From: an uncultured Pseudomonadota bacterium
GTDB lineage: Bacteria; Pseudomonadota; Gammaproteobacteria; Burkholderiales; SG8-39
Assembly: GCA_937907425.1 (NCBI GenBank)
Contig: CALCIE010000082.1
Span: 13,505 to 77,504 of the forward strand
Direction: 5' to 3'
Length of the DNA: 64,000 nucleotides
The position numbers were made by a program, and so were the translations under genes. How positions within the stretch are numbered: the first letter of the stretch is position 1; each line of letters starts with the position of its first letter. Of this stretch, positions 41,250 to 53,172 are shown piece by piece. The notes under the pieces are model-generated. The model ran no database searches, was not told where the DNA came from, and worked only from the letters and a program-made list of their open reading frames with translations.

Positions 41250-43012
41250 AGCTTCCGGTGCGTCAGTTCGATGCAGTGGTGGTTGGTGCGGGCGGGGCCG
41301 GCATGCGTGCGGCCCTGCAGCTTTCGGAAGCGGGGTTGCGGGTGGCGGTGCTGTCGAAGGTGTTCCCCACCCGTTCGCACACCGTGGCCGCCCAGGGCGG
41401 CGTCGGCGCTGCGCTCGGCAACATGGGGCCCGATTCCTGGCAGTGGCACATGTACGACACCATCAAGGGCTCGGACTGGCTGGGCGACCAGGACGCCATC
41501 GAATTCATGTGCCGCATGGCCCCCGAAGTGGTGATCGAGCTGGAACACTTCGGCATGCCCTTCGACCGCAACGAGGACGGCAGCATCTACCAGCGGCCCT
41601 TCGGCGGGCACATGCAGAACTTCGGCGCCGGGCCGGTGGTGCAGCGCTCCTGTTGCGCGGCCGACCGCACCGGCCACGCCATGCTGCATACCCTCTACCA
41701 GCGCAACCTCCGCGCCCGCACCCATTTCTTCGTGGAATGGATGGCGCTGGACCTGATCCGCGACGCCGAGGGACAGGTGCTGGGGGTGACGGCGCTGGAA
41801 ATGGAGACCGGCGAGCTGGTGATCTTCCAGGCGCGCGCCACGCTGTTCGCCACCGGCGGCGCGGGCCGGATTTTTGCCGCCACCACGAACGCCTACATCA
41901 ATACCGGTGACGGGCTCGGCATGGCGGCGCGCGCGGGCATCCCGCTGGAGGACATGGAGTTCTGGCAGTTCCACCCGACCGGGGTGGCGGGCGCCGGGGT
42001 GCTGATCACCGAGGGGGTGCGGGGCGAGGGCGGCTATCTCCTCAACCGCAACGGCGAGCGCTTCATGGAGCGCTACGCGCCCACCGCCAAGGACCTGGCG
42101 AGCCGGGACGTGGTCTCGCGCGCCATGGCGACGGAGATCAAGGAAGGCCGCGGCTGCGGGCCCAAGGGCGACCACGTGCTGCTCAAGCTCGACCACCTGG
42201 GCCCCGAGGTCATCGAAAAGCGCCTGCCCGGCATCCGTGAGATCGCCCGCCAGTTCGCCAACGTCGATCCGGTACGCGACCCCATTCCCGTGGTGCCGAC
42301 CGTGCATTACCAGATGGGCGGCATCCCGACCAACTATCACGGCGAGGTCGTGGTGCCCGGGCCGGACGGCCCGAATACAGTGGTGCCCGGTTTCTACGCC
42401 GCGGGCGAGTGCGCCTGCGCCTCGATCCACGGCGCCAACCGCCTGGGCACCAATTCGCTCACCGACCTGCTGGTGTTCGGCAAGGCCGCGGGCAATGCCA
42501 TCATCGAGTACCTCAAGCGCAACCCCGGTCACAAGAACCTGCCCGCGGATGCGGGAGAATTGAGCCGGGCGCGGGTGGCGCGCCTGCTCAGCCAGGAGCG
42601 GGGCGAGGACGTCCACGAGGTGACCGCGGAGCTGCGGCAGGTGATGCAGACGCATTGCGGCGTGTTCCGCTTCCCCGACCTGCTGATCGAGGGGGTGAAG
42701 CTGGTGCGCGAGCTGTCCGAGCGTGTGCAGCGCACCGCGATCCGGGACAAGAGCCGGGTGTTCAACATCGCCCTCATCGAAGCGCTGGAACTGGAGAACC
42801 TCATCGAGGCGGCGCGCGCCACCATCGTCTCGGCCGAGGCGCGGCGCGAGACGCGGGGGGCGCACGACCGCGAGGACTACCATGAGCGCGACGACGTAAA
42901 CTGGCTCAAGCACACGCTCTGGTATAAGGAGGGCGACCGGCTGGAGTACAAGCCCGTCAACCTGAAGCCGCTGACCGCGCAGCCCGTGCCGCCCAAGGCG
43001 CGGGTGTACTGA
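41246..43012 (+). CDS. sdhA: succinate dehydrogenase flavoprotein subunit
   Basis: TTG-initiated (M)[23 protein letters not shown] aligns with the E. coli SdhA N-terminus. FAD-histidine motif [12 protein letters not shown] 41234 is an alternative. Confidence 0.9.
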   Translation: MKLPVRQFDAVVVGAGGAGMRAALQLSEAGLRVAVLSKVFPTRSHTVAAQGGVGAALGNMGPDSWQWHMYDTIKGSDWLGDQDAIEFMCRMAPEVVIELEHFGMPFDRNEDGSIYQRPFGGHMQNFGAGPVVQRSCCAADRTGHAMLHTLYQRNLRARTHFFVEWMALDLIRDAEGQVLGVTALEMETGELVIFQARATLFATGGAGRIFAATTNAYINTGDGLGMAARAGIPLEDMEFWQFHPTGVAGAGVLITEGVRGEGGYLLNRNGERFMERYAPTAKDLASRDVVSRAMATEIKEGRGCGPKGDHVLLKLDHLGPEVIEKRLPGIREIARQFANVDPVRDPIPVVPTVHYQMGGIPTNYHGEVVVPGPDGPNTVVPGFYAAGECACASIHGANRLGTNSLTDLLVFGKAAGNAIIEYLKRNPGHKNLPADAGELSRARVARLLSQERGEDVHEVTAELRQVMQTHCGVFRFPDLLIEGVKLVRELSERVQRTAIRDKSRVFNIALIEALELENLIEAARATIVSAEARRETRGAHDREDYHERDDVNWLKHTLWYKEGDRLEYKPVNLKPLTAQPVPPKARVY

Positions 43013-43023
43013 ACGGAGACCGC

Positions 43024-43719
43024 ATGCATCTGAGGATCTTCCGCTACGACCCGGACAAGGACGCGAAGCCGTACATGCAGGACTACCATGTCGAGCTGGG
43101 GCCGACGGACCGCATGCTGCTCGACGTCCTGATGCGGGTGCGGGAGCAGGACGACAGCTTGGCTTTCCGGCGGTCCTGCCGCGAGGGGATCTGCGGCTCG
43201 GACGCCATGAACATCAACGGCAAGAACCGGCTGGCCTGCATCACCAAGATTTCCGAGGTCACGGAGCCGGTGGTCATCCGCCCGCTGCCGGGCCTGCCGG
43301 TCATCCGCGACCTGATCGTGGACATGACCCCGTTCTTCCAGCAGTACGAGTCGGTCTCGCCCTATCTGCAGAACGACGAGCCGCTGCCGGAGCGCGAGCG
43401 GCTGCAGAGCCCGGAGGACCGTGACCGGCTGAACGGGCTGTACGAGTGCATCCTGTGCGCCTGCTGCACGAGCTCCTGCCCCTCGTTCTGGTGGAACCCG
43501 GACAAGTTCGTCGGTCCGGCCGGCCTGCTGCAGGCCTACCGCTTCATCGTCGACAGCCGCGACCAGGCGCTGAACGAGCGGCTGGACAACCTGGAGGACC
43601 CGTACCGGCTGTTCCGCTGTCGTACCATCATGAACTGCGTCGACGTGTGCCCCAAGGGGCTCAACCCGGCCGAGGCGATCGGCCGCATCCGCGAGCTGCT
43701 TGCCCGGCGGTCGGTGTGA
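43024..43719 (+). CDS. sdhB: succinate dehydrogenase iron-sulfur subunit
   Basis: Three Fe-S cysteine clusters (CREGICGSDAMNINGKNRLAC; CILCACCTSSCP; CRTIMNCVDVCP). Confidence 0.95.
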   Translation: MHLRIFRYDPDKDAKPYMQDYHVELGPTDRMLLDVLMRVREQDDSLAFRRSCREGICGSDAMNINGKNRLACITKISEVTEPVVIRPLPGLPVIRDLIVDMTPFFQQYESVSPYLQNDEPLPERERLQSPEDRDRLNGLYECILCACCTSSCPSFWWNPDKFVGPAGLLQAYRFIVDSRDQALNERLDNLEDPYRLFRCRTIMNCVDVCPKGLNPAEAIGRIRELLARRSV

Positions 43720-43720
43720 G

Positions 43721-43966
43721 ATGGTGGTGGACGATGTGCAATTGCGGCGTCTGCGTTGGCGTTGTCGCCGGGGACTGCTGGAGAACGATATTCTCCTCGG
43801 TCGTTTCCTGGACCGGCACGGCCACCGGCTGGACGTCGAGACGGCCGGGCGGCTCAGCCGGCTGCTCGAGTACGAGGACAACGACTTATGGGATGTATTG
43901 TCGGGGCGCAAGCCGTGTAGCGACCCCAAGTTGCAGGATTTGGTGAACCTGATCCGCGCCGGCTGA
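43721..43966 (+). CDS. sdhE: FAD assembly factor SdhE (YgfY/DUF339)
   Basis: 81 aa with RLRWRCRRGLLENDILL and EYEDNDLWDVL motifs of SdhE; sits between sdhB and gltA. Confidence 0.8.
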   Translation: MVVDDVQLRRLRWRCRRGLLENDILLGRFLDRHGHRLDVETAGRLSRLLEYEDNDLWDVLSGRKPCSDPKLQDLVNLIRAG

Positions 43967-44117
43967 TCTTCCTTGCCGCGCCATCAGGTTCGACGGAGCA
44001 GGGGCCGATACCCTCGGCTTTTCCCCGTAAACATTGGATGGTGCGGAACGTCCGCCGGCACTATTCGAAGAAAAGAACGGCACGTCCGTTCCAAGACAGC
44101 AAAAGAAGGAGGTAGTA

Positions 44118-45413
44118 ATGCAACCCAACGGCAAGGCAGTGCTCCACTACGGGGATGGGCAGTCGGTCGAGCTTCCCGTCCTCCGGGGCACCATCGGCCC
44201 GGACGTGGTCGACATCCGCACCCTGTACGGCAAGACGGGGATGTTCACGTACGACCCCGGCTTCCTGTCGACGGCGAGCTGCCGTTCCAGCATCACCTAC
44301 ATCGACGGCGAGCAGGGCGTGCTGCTCTACCGGGGCTATCCCATCGAACAGCTGGCCCAGCATTGCGACTTTCTGGAAGTCTGCTATCTGCTGATCTACG
44401 GCGAACTGCCGAACCAGAAACAGAAAGAGGAATTCGTCGCCAAGATCGGGCGGCACAACCTGGTGCACGAGCAGCTCGCGCGCTTCTACACCGGTTTCCG
44501 CCGCGACTCGCACCCGATGGCCGTGCTGGTGGGCGTGGTTGGCGCCTTGTCGGCCTTCTACCATGACTCGCTCGACATCAGTAATCCGGAGCACCGCGAG
44601 ATCTCCGCGCTGCGTCTGATCGCCAAGATGCCGACCATCACGGCCATGGCCTACAAGTACTCGATGGGCCATCCCTTCGTGTACCCGCGCAACGACCTGT
44701 CCTACACGGCGAACTTCATGCGCATGATGTTCTCGATGCCGAACGAGGACTACAAGATCAACGACGTGCTGGTGCGGGCGCTGGATCGCATCTTCATTCT
44801 GCACGCGGACCACGAACAGAACGCCTCCACCTCGACGGTGCGTCTGGCCGGCTCCTCCGGCGCCAACCCGTTCGCGTGTATCGCGGCCGGTATCGCCTGC
44901 CTGTGGGGCCCGGCCCACGGCGGCGCCAACGAGGCCTGCCTGAACATGCTGGAGGAGATCGGCGACGTCTCGCGCGTGGGCGAGTACATCAAGAAGGCCA
45001 AGGACAAGTCCTCCGGCTTCCGTCTGATGGGCTTCGGCCACCGCGTGTACAAGAACTACGATCCGCGCGCCAAGCTCATGCGCGAAACCTGCCACGAGGT
45101 GCTGGCCGAGCTTGGTCTGCAGAACGACCGTCTGTTCAAGCTGGCGATGGAACTGGAGCGCATCGCGCTGGAGGACGAGTACTTCGTCGAGCGCAAGCTC
45201 TATCCCAACGTCGACTTTTACTCCGGCATCGTGCAGCGCGCGCTGGGCATCCCGACGTCGATGTTCACGTGCATCTTCGCGCTCGCGCGCACGGTCGGCT
45301 GGGTTGCGCAGTGGATGGAGATGATCGCCGATCCGGACCAGAAGATCGGCCGTCCGCGCCAGCTCTATACCGGCGCGACGCGGCGCGAGGTGGTGCCGAT
45401 CGACAAGCGCTGA
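44118..45413 (+). CDS. gltA: citrate synthase (type II, hexameric class)
   Basis: [51 protein letters not shown] catalytic motifs. SD AAGGAGG. Confidence 0.95.
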   Translation: MQPNGKAVLHYGDGQSVELPVLRGTIGPDVVDIRTLYGKTGMFTYDPGFLSTASCRSSITYIDGEQGVLLYRGYPIEQLAQHCDFLEVCYLLIYGELPNQKQKEEFVAKIGRHNLVHEQLARFYTGFRRDSHPMAVLVGVVGALSAFYHDSLDISNPEHREISALRLIAKMPTITAMAYKYSMGHPFVYPRNDLSYTANFMRMMFSMPNEDYKINDVLVRALDRIFILHADHEQNASTSTVRLAGSSGANPFACIAAGIACLWGPAHGGANEACLNMLEEIGDVSRVGEYIKKAKDKSSGFRLMGFGHRVYKNYDPRAKLMRETCHEVLAELGLQNDRLFKLAMELERIALEDEYFVERKLYPNVDFYSGIVQRALGIPTSMFTCIFALARTVGWVAQWMEMIADPDQKIGRPRQLYTGATRREVVPIDKR

Positions 45414-45488
45414 GGCGCACCGCGCGGACGCGGCAACGGCCGTCCATGTGAGCCGATCGAATCGTGGACAGCCGTAAATGAAAGTGCC

Positions 45489-45518
45489 GTCCGCCCCTTC
45501 GACGGGCTCGGGGCGGAC
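45489..45518 (+). other. GC-rich hairpin in gltA-sucA spacer (no U-tract)
   Basis: 9-bp stem GTCCGCCCC (45489-45497) / GGGGCGGAC (45510-45518). Confidence 0.35.
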
Positions 45519-45543
45519 GCAAAGCACGTAGAGAGGTGTGACG

Positions 45544-48372
45544 ATGCTGAAGCAGTTCCTGGAAAGCTCCTACCTGTTCGGGGGCAACGCGCCGTTCATC
45601 GAGGATCTCTACGAGTCGTACCTCAGTAACCCGCAGTCCGTGCCGAGCGAGTGGCGCGAGTATTTCGACCGCATGCAGATGCTGCCCGGCCTCGCGGGCG
45701 GCGATGCGCCCGACGTCGCACACGGCCCGATCATCGAGGCTTTCGCCCAGCGGGCCAGGCAGGGCATGCTGCGGGCGCGACCGCTGAGCGAGCTCAGCGT
45801 CGAGCGCAAGCAGATCTACGTGCTGTGGCTCATCCACGCCTACCGCTTCATGGGCGCGCGCTGGGCGCAGCTCGATCCGCTGAAGCGCCTGCCGCGGCCG
45901 CACATCCCCGAACTCGAGCCGGCCTACTACGACCTCACCGAGGCCGATCTCGAGACCGAATTCAACACCGGCACGCTGGTCGGGCCGGAGCGCATGACGC
46001 TGCGCGAAATCCTGCAGGTGCTGCGCGAGACCTACTGCGGCAGCATCGGCGCCGAATACATGTACATGAGCGATCCGGCGCAGAAACGCTGGATCCAGCA
46101 GCGTCTGGAGTCGGTGCGTTCGCGCCCCAACTTCAGCAACGACGTCAAGATCCGCATCCTCGAACGTCTCACCGCGGCCGAGACGCTGGAGAAATACCTG
46201 CACACCAAGTACGTCGGCCAGAAGCGCTTCTCGCTGGAAGGTGGCGAGACGCTGATTCCGGTGATGGACGAGCTGGTGCGCCGCGCGGGCACCCACGGCC
46301 TGGAGGAAGTGGTGATCGGCATGGCCCACCGCGGCCGCCTCAACGTGCTGGTCAACACCCTCGGTAAATCGCCCAAGGACCTGTTCTCGGAATTCGAGGG
46401 CAAGGCAGTGAGCGAACTGTCCTCGGGCGACGTGAAATACCACAACGGCTTCTCGTCCGACGTTGCCACGCCGGGCGGGCCGGTGCATCTGTCGCTCGCC
46501 TTCAACCCCTCGCATCTCGAAATCGTCAACCCGGTGGTCGAGGGCTCGGTGCGTGCGCGCCAGCATCGCCGCAGGGACTACGCCGGCGACAAGGTGATGT
46601 CGGTGCTGATCCACGGCGATGCCGCCTTCGCGGGGCAGGGCGTGGTGATGGAAACGCTCAACCTCGCGCAGACGCGCGGCTACGGCACCGGCGGCACGGT
46701 GCACATCATCATCAACAACCAGATCGGCTTCACCACCTCCGACCCGCGCGACACGCGTTCGACCATCTACTGCACCGACGTGGCGAAGATGATCGAAGCG
46801 CCGATCTTCCACGTCAACGCCGACGATCCCGAGGCGGCGGTGTTCGTCATGCAGCTGGCGATGGACTTCCGCAAAGAGTTCAAGAAGGATGTGGTGGTCG
46901 ACCTGGTGTGCTTCCGCAGGCTGGGGCACAACGAGCAGGACGAGCCGTTTATCACCCAGCCGCTGATGTACAAGAAAATCTCCCAGCATCCCGGCACCCG
47001 CAAGCTGTACGCGGACAAGCTGGTGGCGCAGGGCGTTATTCCCGAGGACGAGCCGGAAAAACTCATCCGGGAATACCGTCAGGCGCTCGACGAGGGGCGC
47101 CATACCTCGAGCCCGGTGCTGTCGAACTTCCAGCGCAAGTACGCGGTGGACTGGACGCCGTTCCTCAACACCAAATGGACGGAGCACGCGGACACCCGGG
47201 TGCCGATCGAGGAACTGCAGCGTCTGGCCGAGCGCGTGACCACGGTGCCGGAGAACTTCAAGCTACATCCCACGGTGGAGCGCGTCATCGAGGCGCGCCG
47301 CGAGATGGGGCGCGGCAAGCAGCCGCTCGACTGGGGCATGGCCGAGACGCTCGCCTACGCCACGCTGCTCGTGGCCGGCTACGGCGTGCGCCTGTCCGGC
47401 CAGGACTCGGGCCGTGGCACCTTCGCGCACCGGCATGCGGTGCTGCACGACCAGGACCGCGAACGCTGGGACGCCGGCACCTATGTGCCGCTCTCCAACC
47501 TGCAGGAAGGGCAGGCCGATTTCGTGGTGATCGATTCGGTGCTGTCGGAAGAGGCGGTGCTCGGTTTCGAATACGGCTACGCCTGCGCCGCGCCCAACGA
47601 ACTGGTGATCTGGGAAGCGCAGTTCGGCGACTTCGCCAACGGCGCGCAGGTGGTGATCGACCAGTTCATCACCTCGGGCGAAGCCAAGTGGGGCCGCATG
47701 TGCGGGCTGGTGATGTACCTGCCGCACGGCTACGAAGGGCAGGGACCCGAGCATTCCTCCGCACGGCTGGAGCGCTATCTGCAGCTTTGCGCCGAGCACA
47801 ACATCCAGGTGTGCGTGCCCAGCACGCCGGCGCAGATGTTCCACCTGCTGCGCCGCCAGATGCTCCGGCCGTTCCGCAAGCCGCTGATCGTGCTGACGCC
47901 CAAGTCGCTGTTGCGGCGGCGCGAGGCGACTTCCTCGCTCAAGGAGCTTGCGGAAGGCAGCTTCCAGACCGTGATCGGCGAGGTCGACGCGCTCGATACC
48001 AACGCGGTGAAACGCATCATCGCCTGCAGCGGCAAGGTCTACTACGACCTGCTGCTCGCGCGCCGCGAACGCCGCGCCGACGACATCGCGATCATCCGCG
48101 TCGAGCAGTTGTATCCCTTCCCGCACCAGCAGTTCGCGGAGCAGATGCGTAAGTACCCGAACGCCAAGGAAGTGGTGTGGTGCCAGGAAGAGCCGCAGAA
48201 CCAGGGCGCCTGGTATCAGACCCAGCACTACTTCCTGGAGAACATGCGTCCGGACCAGAAGCTGTACTACGCGGGCCGTCCTTCCAGCGCGTCGCCCGCG
48301 GTGGGTTATCTGGCCAAACACAACGAGCAGCAGAAACAGCTCGTCGAAATGGCTTTCGGCCAGTTCGAGTGA
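45544..48372 (+). CDS. sucA: 2-oxoglutarate dehydrogenase E1 component
   Basis: About 940 aa, typical SucA sequence (GMAHRGRLNVL, HGDAAFAGQG). ATG 45544 seven nt after AGAGAGG; GTG 45538 is an alternative. Confidence 0.95.
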   Translation: MLKQFLESSYLFGGNAPFIEDLYESYLSNPQSVPSEWREYFDRMQMLPGLAGGDAPDVAHGPIIEAFAQRARQGMLRARPLSELSVERKQIYVLWLIHAYRFMGARWAQLDPLKRLPRPHIPELEPAYYDLTEADLETEFNTGTLVGPERMTLREILQVLRETYCGSIGAEYMYMSDPAQKRWIQQRLESVRSRPNFSNDVKIRILERLTAAETLEKYLHTKYVGQKRFSLEGGETLIPVMDELVRRAGTHGLEEVVIGMAHRGRLNVLVNTLGKSPKDLFSEFEGKAVSELSSGDVKYHNGFSSDVATPGGPVHLSLAFNPSHLEIVNPVVEGSVRARQHRRRDYAGDKVMSVLIHGDAAFAGQGVVMETLNLAQTRGYGTGGTVHIIINNQIGFTTSDPRDTRSTIYCTDVAKMIEAPIFHVNADDPEAAVFVMQLAMDFRKEFKKDVVVDLVCFRRLGHNEQDEPFITQPLMYKKISQHPGTRKLYADKLVAQGVIPEDEPEKLIREYRQALDEGRHTSSPVLSNFQRKYAVDWTPFLNTKWTEHADTRVPIEELQRLAERVTTVPENFKLHPTVERVIEARREMGRGKQPLDWGMAETLAYATLLVAGYGVRLSGQDSGRGTFAHRHAVLHDQDRERWDAGTYVPLSNLQEGQADFVVIDSVLSEEAVLGFEYGYACAAPNELVIWEAQFGDFANGAQVVIDQFITSGEAKWGRMCGLVMYLPHGYEGQGPEHSSARLERYLQLCAEHNIQVCVPSTPAQMFHLLRRQMLRPFRKPLIVLTPKSLLRRREATSSLKELAEGSFQTVIGEVDALDTNAVKRIIACSGKVYYDLLLARRERRADDIAIIRVEQLYPFPHQQFAEQMRKYPNAKEVVWCQEEPQNQGAWYQTQHYFLENMRPDQKLYYAGRPSSASPAVGYLAKHNEQQKQLVEMAFGQFE

Positions 48373-48556
48373 CAGATTGCGATGACTCGAGGCAGGGTAT
48401 TCGGCAAGCTATGGCGGACCGCGGTGGCCGGAGCGGAGATGGTCCGTTCCGGCTTGCGGCCCGGTTGGACCGATCCCTGAAGGGGCGCGTTGCGCGCGGG
48501 GCAGTTGGGCTTGGCAGTGACCTCGTGGGCCAGGCGAGAAACCGAACGGAGTGATC

Positions 48557-49810
48557 ATGCTTGTAGAAGTGAAGGTGCCGCAGCTCTCGGAGTCGGTGTC
48601 CGAAGCGACGTTGCTTGCGTGGCATAAGCAGGAAGGTCAGGCGGTCAAGCGCGATGAAAACCTGATCGACATCGAGACCGACAAGGTGGTCCTGGAAACG
48701 CCCGCACCGGTCGACGGCGTGCTCACCAGGATCGTCAAGCAGAACGGCGCTACCGTGACCTCCGGCGAAGTGATCGCCGTCATCGATACCGAAGCCAAGC
48801 CCAGCGCCGGCGCCGCGGCCGAGAAGGAAACGCCGTCGCCGGCATTGAAGCCGCAGCCTGTGCTGGTCGAACCCACGCCCGCGCCGGCGCCGGCCGAGGC
48901 CCGTCAGGACGCACGCCTCATGCCCGCGGCCCGCAAGCTCGTGGAAGAGCATGCGATCGATCCCAGCCGCATCGCCGGCAGCGGGCGCGACGGCCGCATT
49001 ACCAAAGCCGACGTGCTCGAGCACATCCAGAAAGCCCAGCCCGCGGCGGCGCCGGCAGCGCCCAAGGCGCCGCTGCCGCCGGCGGTGGACGTCGAGCGGC
49101 TGCTCGGCAACCGTCCCGAGAAGCGCGTGCCGATGTCGCGCCTGCGCGCCCGCATCGCCGAGCGGCTGGTGCAGTCGCAGCAGACGGCTGCCATCCTCAC
49201 GACCTTCAACGAAGTGAACATGCAGCCGATCATCGACCTGCGCAAGAAGTACGGCGAGCGCTTCGAGAAGGAGCACGGCGTGCGGCTCGGCTTCATGTCC
49301 TTCTTCGTCAAGGCCGCGGTGCACGCGCTGAAGAAGTTCCCCATCGTCAACGCCTCGGTGGACGGCAATGACATCGTCTATCACGGCTACTTCGACATCG
49401 GCATCGCGGTGAGCAGCCCGCGCGGGCTGGTGGTGCCGATCCTGCGCGACTGCGATCAGCTTTCCCTTGCCGAGATCGAGAAGCAGATCGCCGATTTCGG
49501 CCGCCGCGCGCAGGAAGGCAAGCTGTCGATCGAGGAACTGACCGGCGGCACCTTCACCATTTCCAACGGTGGCGTGTTCGGCTCGATGCTGTCCACGCCC
49601 ATCATCAATCCGCCGCAGAGCGCGATCCTCGGCGTGCACGCCACGCGCGAGCGGCCGGTGGTGGAGAACGGCCAGATCGTCATCCGGCCGATCAACTATC
49701 TGGCGCTGTCCTACGATCACCGCATCATCGACGGCCGCGAGGCGGTGCTGTCGCTGGTGGCGATCAAAGAAGCGCTGGAGGATCCGGCGCGTCTGCTGTT
49801 GGATCTGTGA
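48557..49810 (+). CDS. sucB: dihydrolipoyllysine-residue succinyltransferase (E2 of 2-oxoglutarate dehydrogenase)
   Basis: Lipoyl domain IETDKVVLE, Ala/Pro linkers, E3-binding domain, catalytic SYDHRIIDG. Confidence 0.95.
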   Translation: MLVEVKVPQLSESVSEATLLAWHKQEGQAVKRDENLIDIETDKVVLETPAPVDGVLTRIVKQNGATVTSGEVIAVIDTEAKPSAGAAAEKETPSPALKPQPVLVEPTPAPAPAEARQDARLMPAARKLVEEHAIDPSRIAGSGRDGRITKADVLEHIQKAQPAAAPAAPKAPLPPAVDVERLLGNRPEKRVPMSRLRARIAERLVQSQQTAAILTTFNEVNMQPIIDLRKKYGERFEKEHGVRLGFMSFFVKAAVHALKKFPIVNASVDGNDIVYHGYFDIGIAVSSPRGLVVPILRDCDQLSLAEIEKQIADFGRRAQEGKLSIEELTGGTFTISNGGVFGSMLSTPIINPPQSAILGVHATRERPVVENGQIVIRPINYLALSYDHRIIDGREAVLSLVAIKEALEDPARLLLDL

Positions 49811-49880
49811 GCCGCCGCGCGCGGCTCACCCGAAGAACAAGCAAGGCCGTCATCGAGACGGCGGTGGAGTGGACTCTGGC

Positions 49881-51302
49881 ATGAGCGATCAATCTTTCGA
49901 CGTCCTCGTCATCGGCTCCGGACCGGCCGGTTACATCTGCGCGATCCGGGCGGCGCAGCTCGGCATGCGAACGGCCTGCGTGGAGAAGTGGAAGAACGCC
50001 GACGGCAAATACGTGCTGGGCGGCACTTGCCTCAACGTGGGCTGTATTCCCTCCAAGGCGCTGCTGCAGTCTTCGGAGGAATACGAACACCTCGTCCGGC
50101 ATCTCGACGGCCACGGCATCAAGGTGAACGGCGCGACGGTGGACGTGCCGAAGATGATCGCCCGCAAGGACGCCATCGTCGCCAAAATGACCGACGGCAT
50201 CGCCTATCTCTTCCGCAAGAACAAGGTGAGCTGGCTGAAAGGCCATGCGCGTCTCGTCGGGCGCGGCGACCAGGGCTGGCTGGTCGATGTGGACGGCCAG
50301 ACCGTCACCTCCAAATACGTCGTGGTGGCCACCGGCTCCAAGCCCCGCAGCCTGCCCGGCGTGGAGATCGACAACGAGCGGATCTGCGACAACGTCGGCG
50401 CGCTCAATTTCAAGGAAGTGCCGAAGCGGCTCGGCGTCATCGGCGCCGGCGTCATCGGGCTGGAGCTCGGCAGCGTGTGGCGGCGCCTCGGCGCCACGGT
50501 CACGGTGCTGGAAGCGCTGCCGACCTTCCTCGCCGCAGCCGACGAGGCCGTCTCGCGCGAGGCCTGGAAGATCTTCACCCAGGAACAGGGTCTGGACATC
50601 CGCCTGGGCGTGAAGCTCGGCGAGGTGAAGCAGGACGCGCGCGGCGTCACGGTGCATTACGAACTGGAAGGCAAGGCGCAGAAGCTCGAGTGCGACAAGC
50701 TGATCGTCGCCATCGGCCGCGTGCCCAATACCGACGGGCTGGGCGCGGAAGCGGTCGGCCTGAAACTCGACGAACGTGGCTTCATCGAAGTGGACGACCA
50801 TTGCCGCACCTCGCTGCCGAACCTGTTCGCGATCGGCGATGTGGTGCGCGGGCCGATGCTCGCGCACAAGGGCGAGGAAGAGGGCGTGATGGTGGCCGAG
50901 CTCATCGCCGGCCAGAAGGCGCACGTCAACCTCGACACCATTCCCTGGGTGATCTACACCACACCCGAGATCGCCTGGGTCGGCAGAACCGAAAAGCAGC
51001 TCAAGGAGGAGGGCATTCCCTACCGCATGGGGCAGTTCCCCTTCTCCGTCAACGGCCGGGCGCTTTGCGCGGGCGATGCGCGCGGGTTCGTGAAAATGCT
51101 CGCGCACGCCCGCACGGACGAGATTCTGGGCGTGCACATCATCAACACCCATGCCTCCGAGCTGATCACCGAGGCGGTGGTGGCGATGGAATTCCGCGCC
51201 TGCGCCGAGGATATCGCCCGCATCGTGCACGCCCACCCCTCGCTCACCGAGGCCATGCGCGAGGCGGCGCTTGCCGTGGATAAACGGGCGCTCAACATCT
51301 AG
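49881..51302 (+). CDS. lpdA: dihydrolipoyl dehydrogenase (E3)
   Basis: [16 protein letters not shown] motif, redox disulfide [14 protein letters not shown]-terminal HAHPSLTE. Confidence 0.95.
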   Translation: MSDQSFDVLVIGSGPAGYICAIRAAQLGMRTACVEKWKNADGKYVLGGTCLNVGCIPSKALLQSSEEYEHLVRHLDGHGIKVNGATVDVPKMIARKDAIVAKMTDGIAYLFRKNKVSWLKGHARLVGRGDQGWLVDVDGQTVTSKYVVVATGSKPRSLPGVEIDNERICDNVGALNFKEVPKRLGVIGAGVIGLELGSVWRRLGATVTVLEALPTFLAAADEAVSREAWKIFTQEQGLDIRLGVKLGEVKQDARGVTVHYELEGKAQKLECDKLIVAIGRVPNTDGLGAEAVGLKLDERGFIEVDDHCRTSLPNLFAIGDVVRGPMLAHKGEEEGVMVAELIAGQKAHVNLDTIPWVIYTTPEIAWVGRTEKQLKEEGIPYRMGQFPFSVNGRALCAGDARGFVKMLAHARTDEILGVHIINTHASELITEAVVAMEFRACAEDIARIVHAHPSLTEAMREAALAVDKRALNI

Positions 51303-51353
51303 GGTTTTTGCGCAGGTCGGAATGGCGTTCCGGATGTCAGCCGGGAAAACGAT

Positions 51354-51377
51354 CCGTGCGGTCCGGCACGGCTTTTT
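51354..51377 (+). terminator. rho-independent terminator after lpdA
   Basis: 6-bp stem CCGTGC (51354-51359) / GCACGG (51366-51371) followed by CTTTTT. Confidence 0.55.
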
Positions 51378-51445
51378 GACATGGAAACCGCTGCGCGAGG
51401 CCGGATGTGCGGTAATCTTCGGGGGTCCCGCCCTGTAGGCCATCC

Positions 51446-52660
51446 ATGCAAGAGCGCCAACCCGAAGCCGAACGCAACGAGCCGCTTCCGCCGGTCGGAG
51501 ACGGCAGTGTGTTCGACGCCGCGGAATACACCAAGCCGGCCGTCCGGCTGCCGCAGAACGTCCTCGAGTATTTCCACGAAACCCTCGCCCGCCGCGGCTA
51601 CGTGCCGGACGAGTCGCAATACGCGGCCGTGCAGCGCCTGCAGCGCATGTACGAACAGTGGGTGGACTACCAGGCGCGCAGCAACAACCTCTGGAAGCGT
51701 TTTTTGCTGCAACCGGCGGTGCCGCGCGGCGTCTACCTCTGGGGCGGGGTGGGGCGCGGCAAGAGCCTGCTCATGGACACCTTCTATCTGACGGTGCCGG
51801 AAGAGCGCAAACGGCGGGTGCACTTCCACCACTTCATGCGCGACGTGCACCGCGAGATGGAAACGCTCAAGGGCAAGGAGGATCCGCTCGCGGAAGTCGC
51901 CGCGCGCATCGCGCGGCGCTACCGGCTGATCTGCTTCGACGAATTCCATGTGGACGACATCGCCGATGCCATGATCCTCGGCCGCCTGCTCGAGCAGACC
52001 ATGGACCGGGGCGTCGTCTACTGCATGACCTCCAACTACCATCCCGACGCCCTGTACCGCGACGGCCTGCAGCGCGAGCGTTTCCTGCCGACCATCGCGC
52101 TCATCAAGGAACGCCTGGACATCGTCCATGTGGACGGCGGCGTGGACTACCGCCGCCGCGCGCTGCAGGGGGTGGAGGTCTATCACTGCCCGCTCGGGCC
52201 GGAGGCGGACGCGGCCCTGCATCGCGCCTTCGATCAGATCGCGGAGGTGAAGGACGAGCACCACGAGCTGGACGTGGAGGGGCGCGTGATCCCCTTCGTG
52301 CGCCGCGCGGGCGGCGTGGTGTGGTTCGAATTCGACGTGCTGTGCGGCGGTGCGCGTTCGCACAACGATTATCTGGATCTCGCGCGGCGCTTCCACACCG
52401 TGCTGGTATCGAACATCCCGCAACTGAGCGAAGACGACGCCGACAAGGCGCGCCGTTTCACCTGGCTGGTGGACATCTTCTACGACCGCAAGGTGAAGCT
52501 GATCGTCTCGGCCGCGGTGCCGCCCGAGCAGCTCTACCGGCACGGTCCGTTCGCCAACGAGTTCGCCCGGACCGCGAGCCGCCTGATCGAAATGCAGTCG
52601 CAGGAATACCTGGCCGCCGCGCGGCGCAACCCCGAAGTCGCTGCGGAGGCGGCGGCCTAG
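51446..52660 (+). CDS. zapE: cell division protein ZapE (AFG1-like ATPase)
   Basis: Walker A GGVGRGKS, Walker B LICFDEFHVDD, AFG1/YhcM-like length and sequence. Confidence 0.8.
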   Translation: MQERQPEAERNEPLPPVGDGSVFDAAEYTKPAVRLPQNVLEYFHETLARRGYVPDESQYAAVQRLQRMYEQWVDYQARSNNLWKRFLLQPAVPRGVYLWGGVGRGKSLLMDTFYLTVPEERKRRVHFHHFMRDVHREMETLKGKEDPLAEVAARIARRYRLICFDEFHVDDIADAMILGRLLEQTMDRGVVYCMTSNYHPDALYRDGLQRERFLPTIALIKERLDIVHVDGGVDYRRRALQGVEVYHCPLGPEADAALHRAFDQIAEVKDEHHELDVEGRVIPFVRRAGGVVWFEFDVLCGGARSHNDYLDLARRFHTVLVSNIPQLSEDDADKARRFTWLVDIFYDRKVKLIVSAAVPPEQLYRHGPFANEFARTASRLIEMQSQEYLAAARRNPEVAAEAAA

Positions 52661-52720
52661 CTGAAGTCCGCTTTCATGCCGGCGGGAAAGAACCGGCAAC
52701 GAGCTTTCGAGGAGCCTGTC

Positions 52721-53122
52721 ATGCGTCAACGTCCCTGTCTCACTCTCGACGACTGCCGCCGCGTCGCCGCGGCGGCTGAAGCCGAGGCGCGCAAGAACAA
52801 CTGGGAGGTCGCCATCGCCATCGTCGACGACGGCGGTCATCTGCTGTACTTTCAGCGCATGGACGGCGCGACACCCGCCAATGCGGAGATCGCGCTGCGG
52901 AAGGCGCGCACCGCCGCGACCACGCGCCGCTCCACCGACACGTGGGAGGAGCGCATCCGCAACGGCCGCCTCGCGACCATCGCCATGCCGCTGCTGCCGC
53001 TGCAGGGCGGGCTGCCGATCATCATCGAGGGCTTCTGTATCGGCGGCGTGGGCGTCTCCGGCGTGCAATCCCACGAAGACGAGCAGATCGCAAAGGCGGG
53101 CATCGAGACGCTGCTGCGCTAA
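52721..53122 (+). CDS. GlcG/HbpS-like heme-binding protein (DUF336)
   Basis: VDDGGHLL...QGGLPI...[17 protein letters not shown] pattern of DUF336. SD GAGGAG. Confidence 0.7.
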   Translation: MRQRPCLTLDDCRRVAAAAEAEARKNNWEVAIAIVDDGGHLLYFQRMDGATPANAEIALRKARTAATTRRSTDTWEERIRNGRLATIAMPLLPLQGGLPIIIEGFCIGGVGVSGVQSHEDEQIAKAGIETLLR

Positions 53123-53172
53123 AGGCACGCTTTTCGCCTCTGTCCGGGCAAGTGCGCGACGAGGAGGCTGCC

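Noticed and set aside
48177-48554. 125-aa ORF bridging the sucA-sucB spacer
   Set aside because: It starts inside sucA in another frame, is Arg/Gly/Ala-rich and has no SD. It is most likely spurious.
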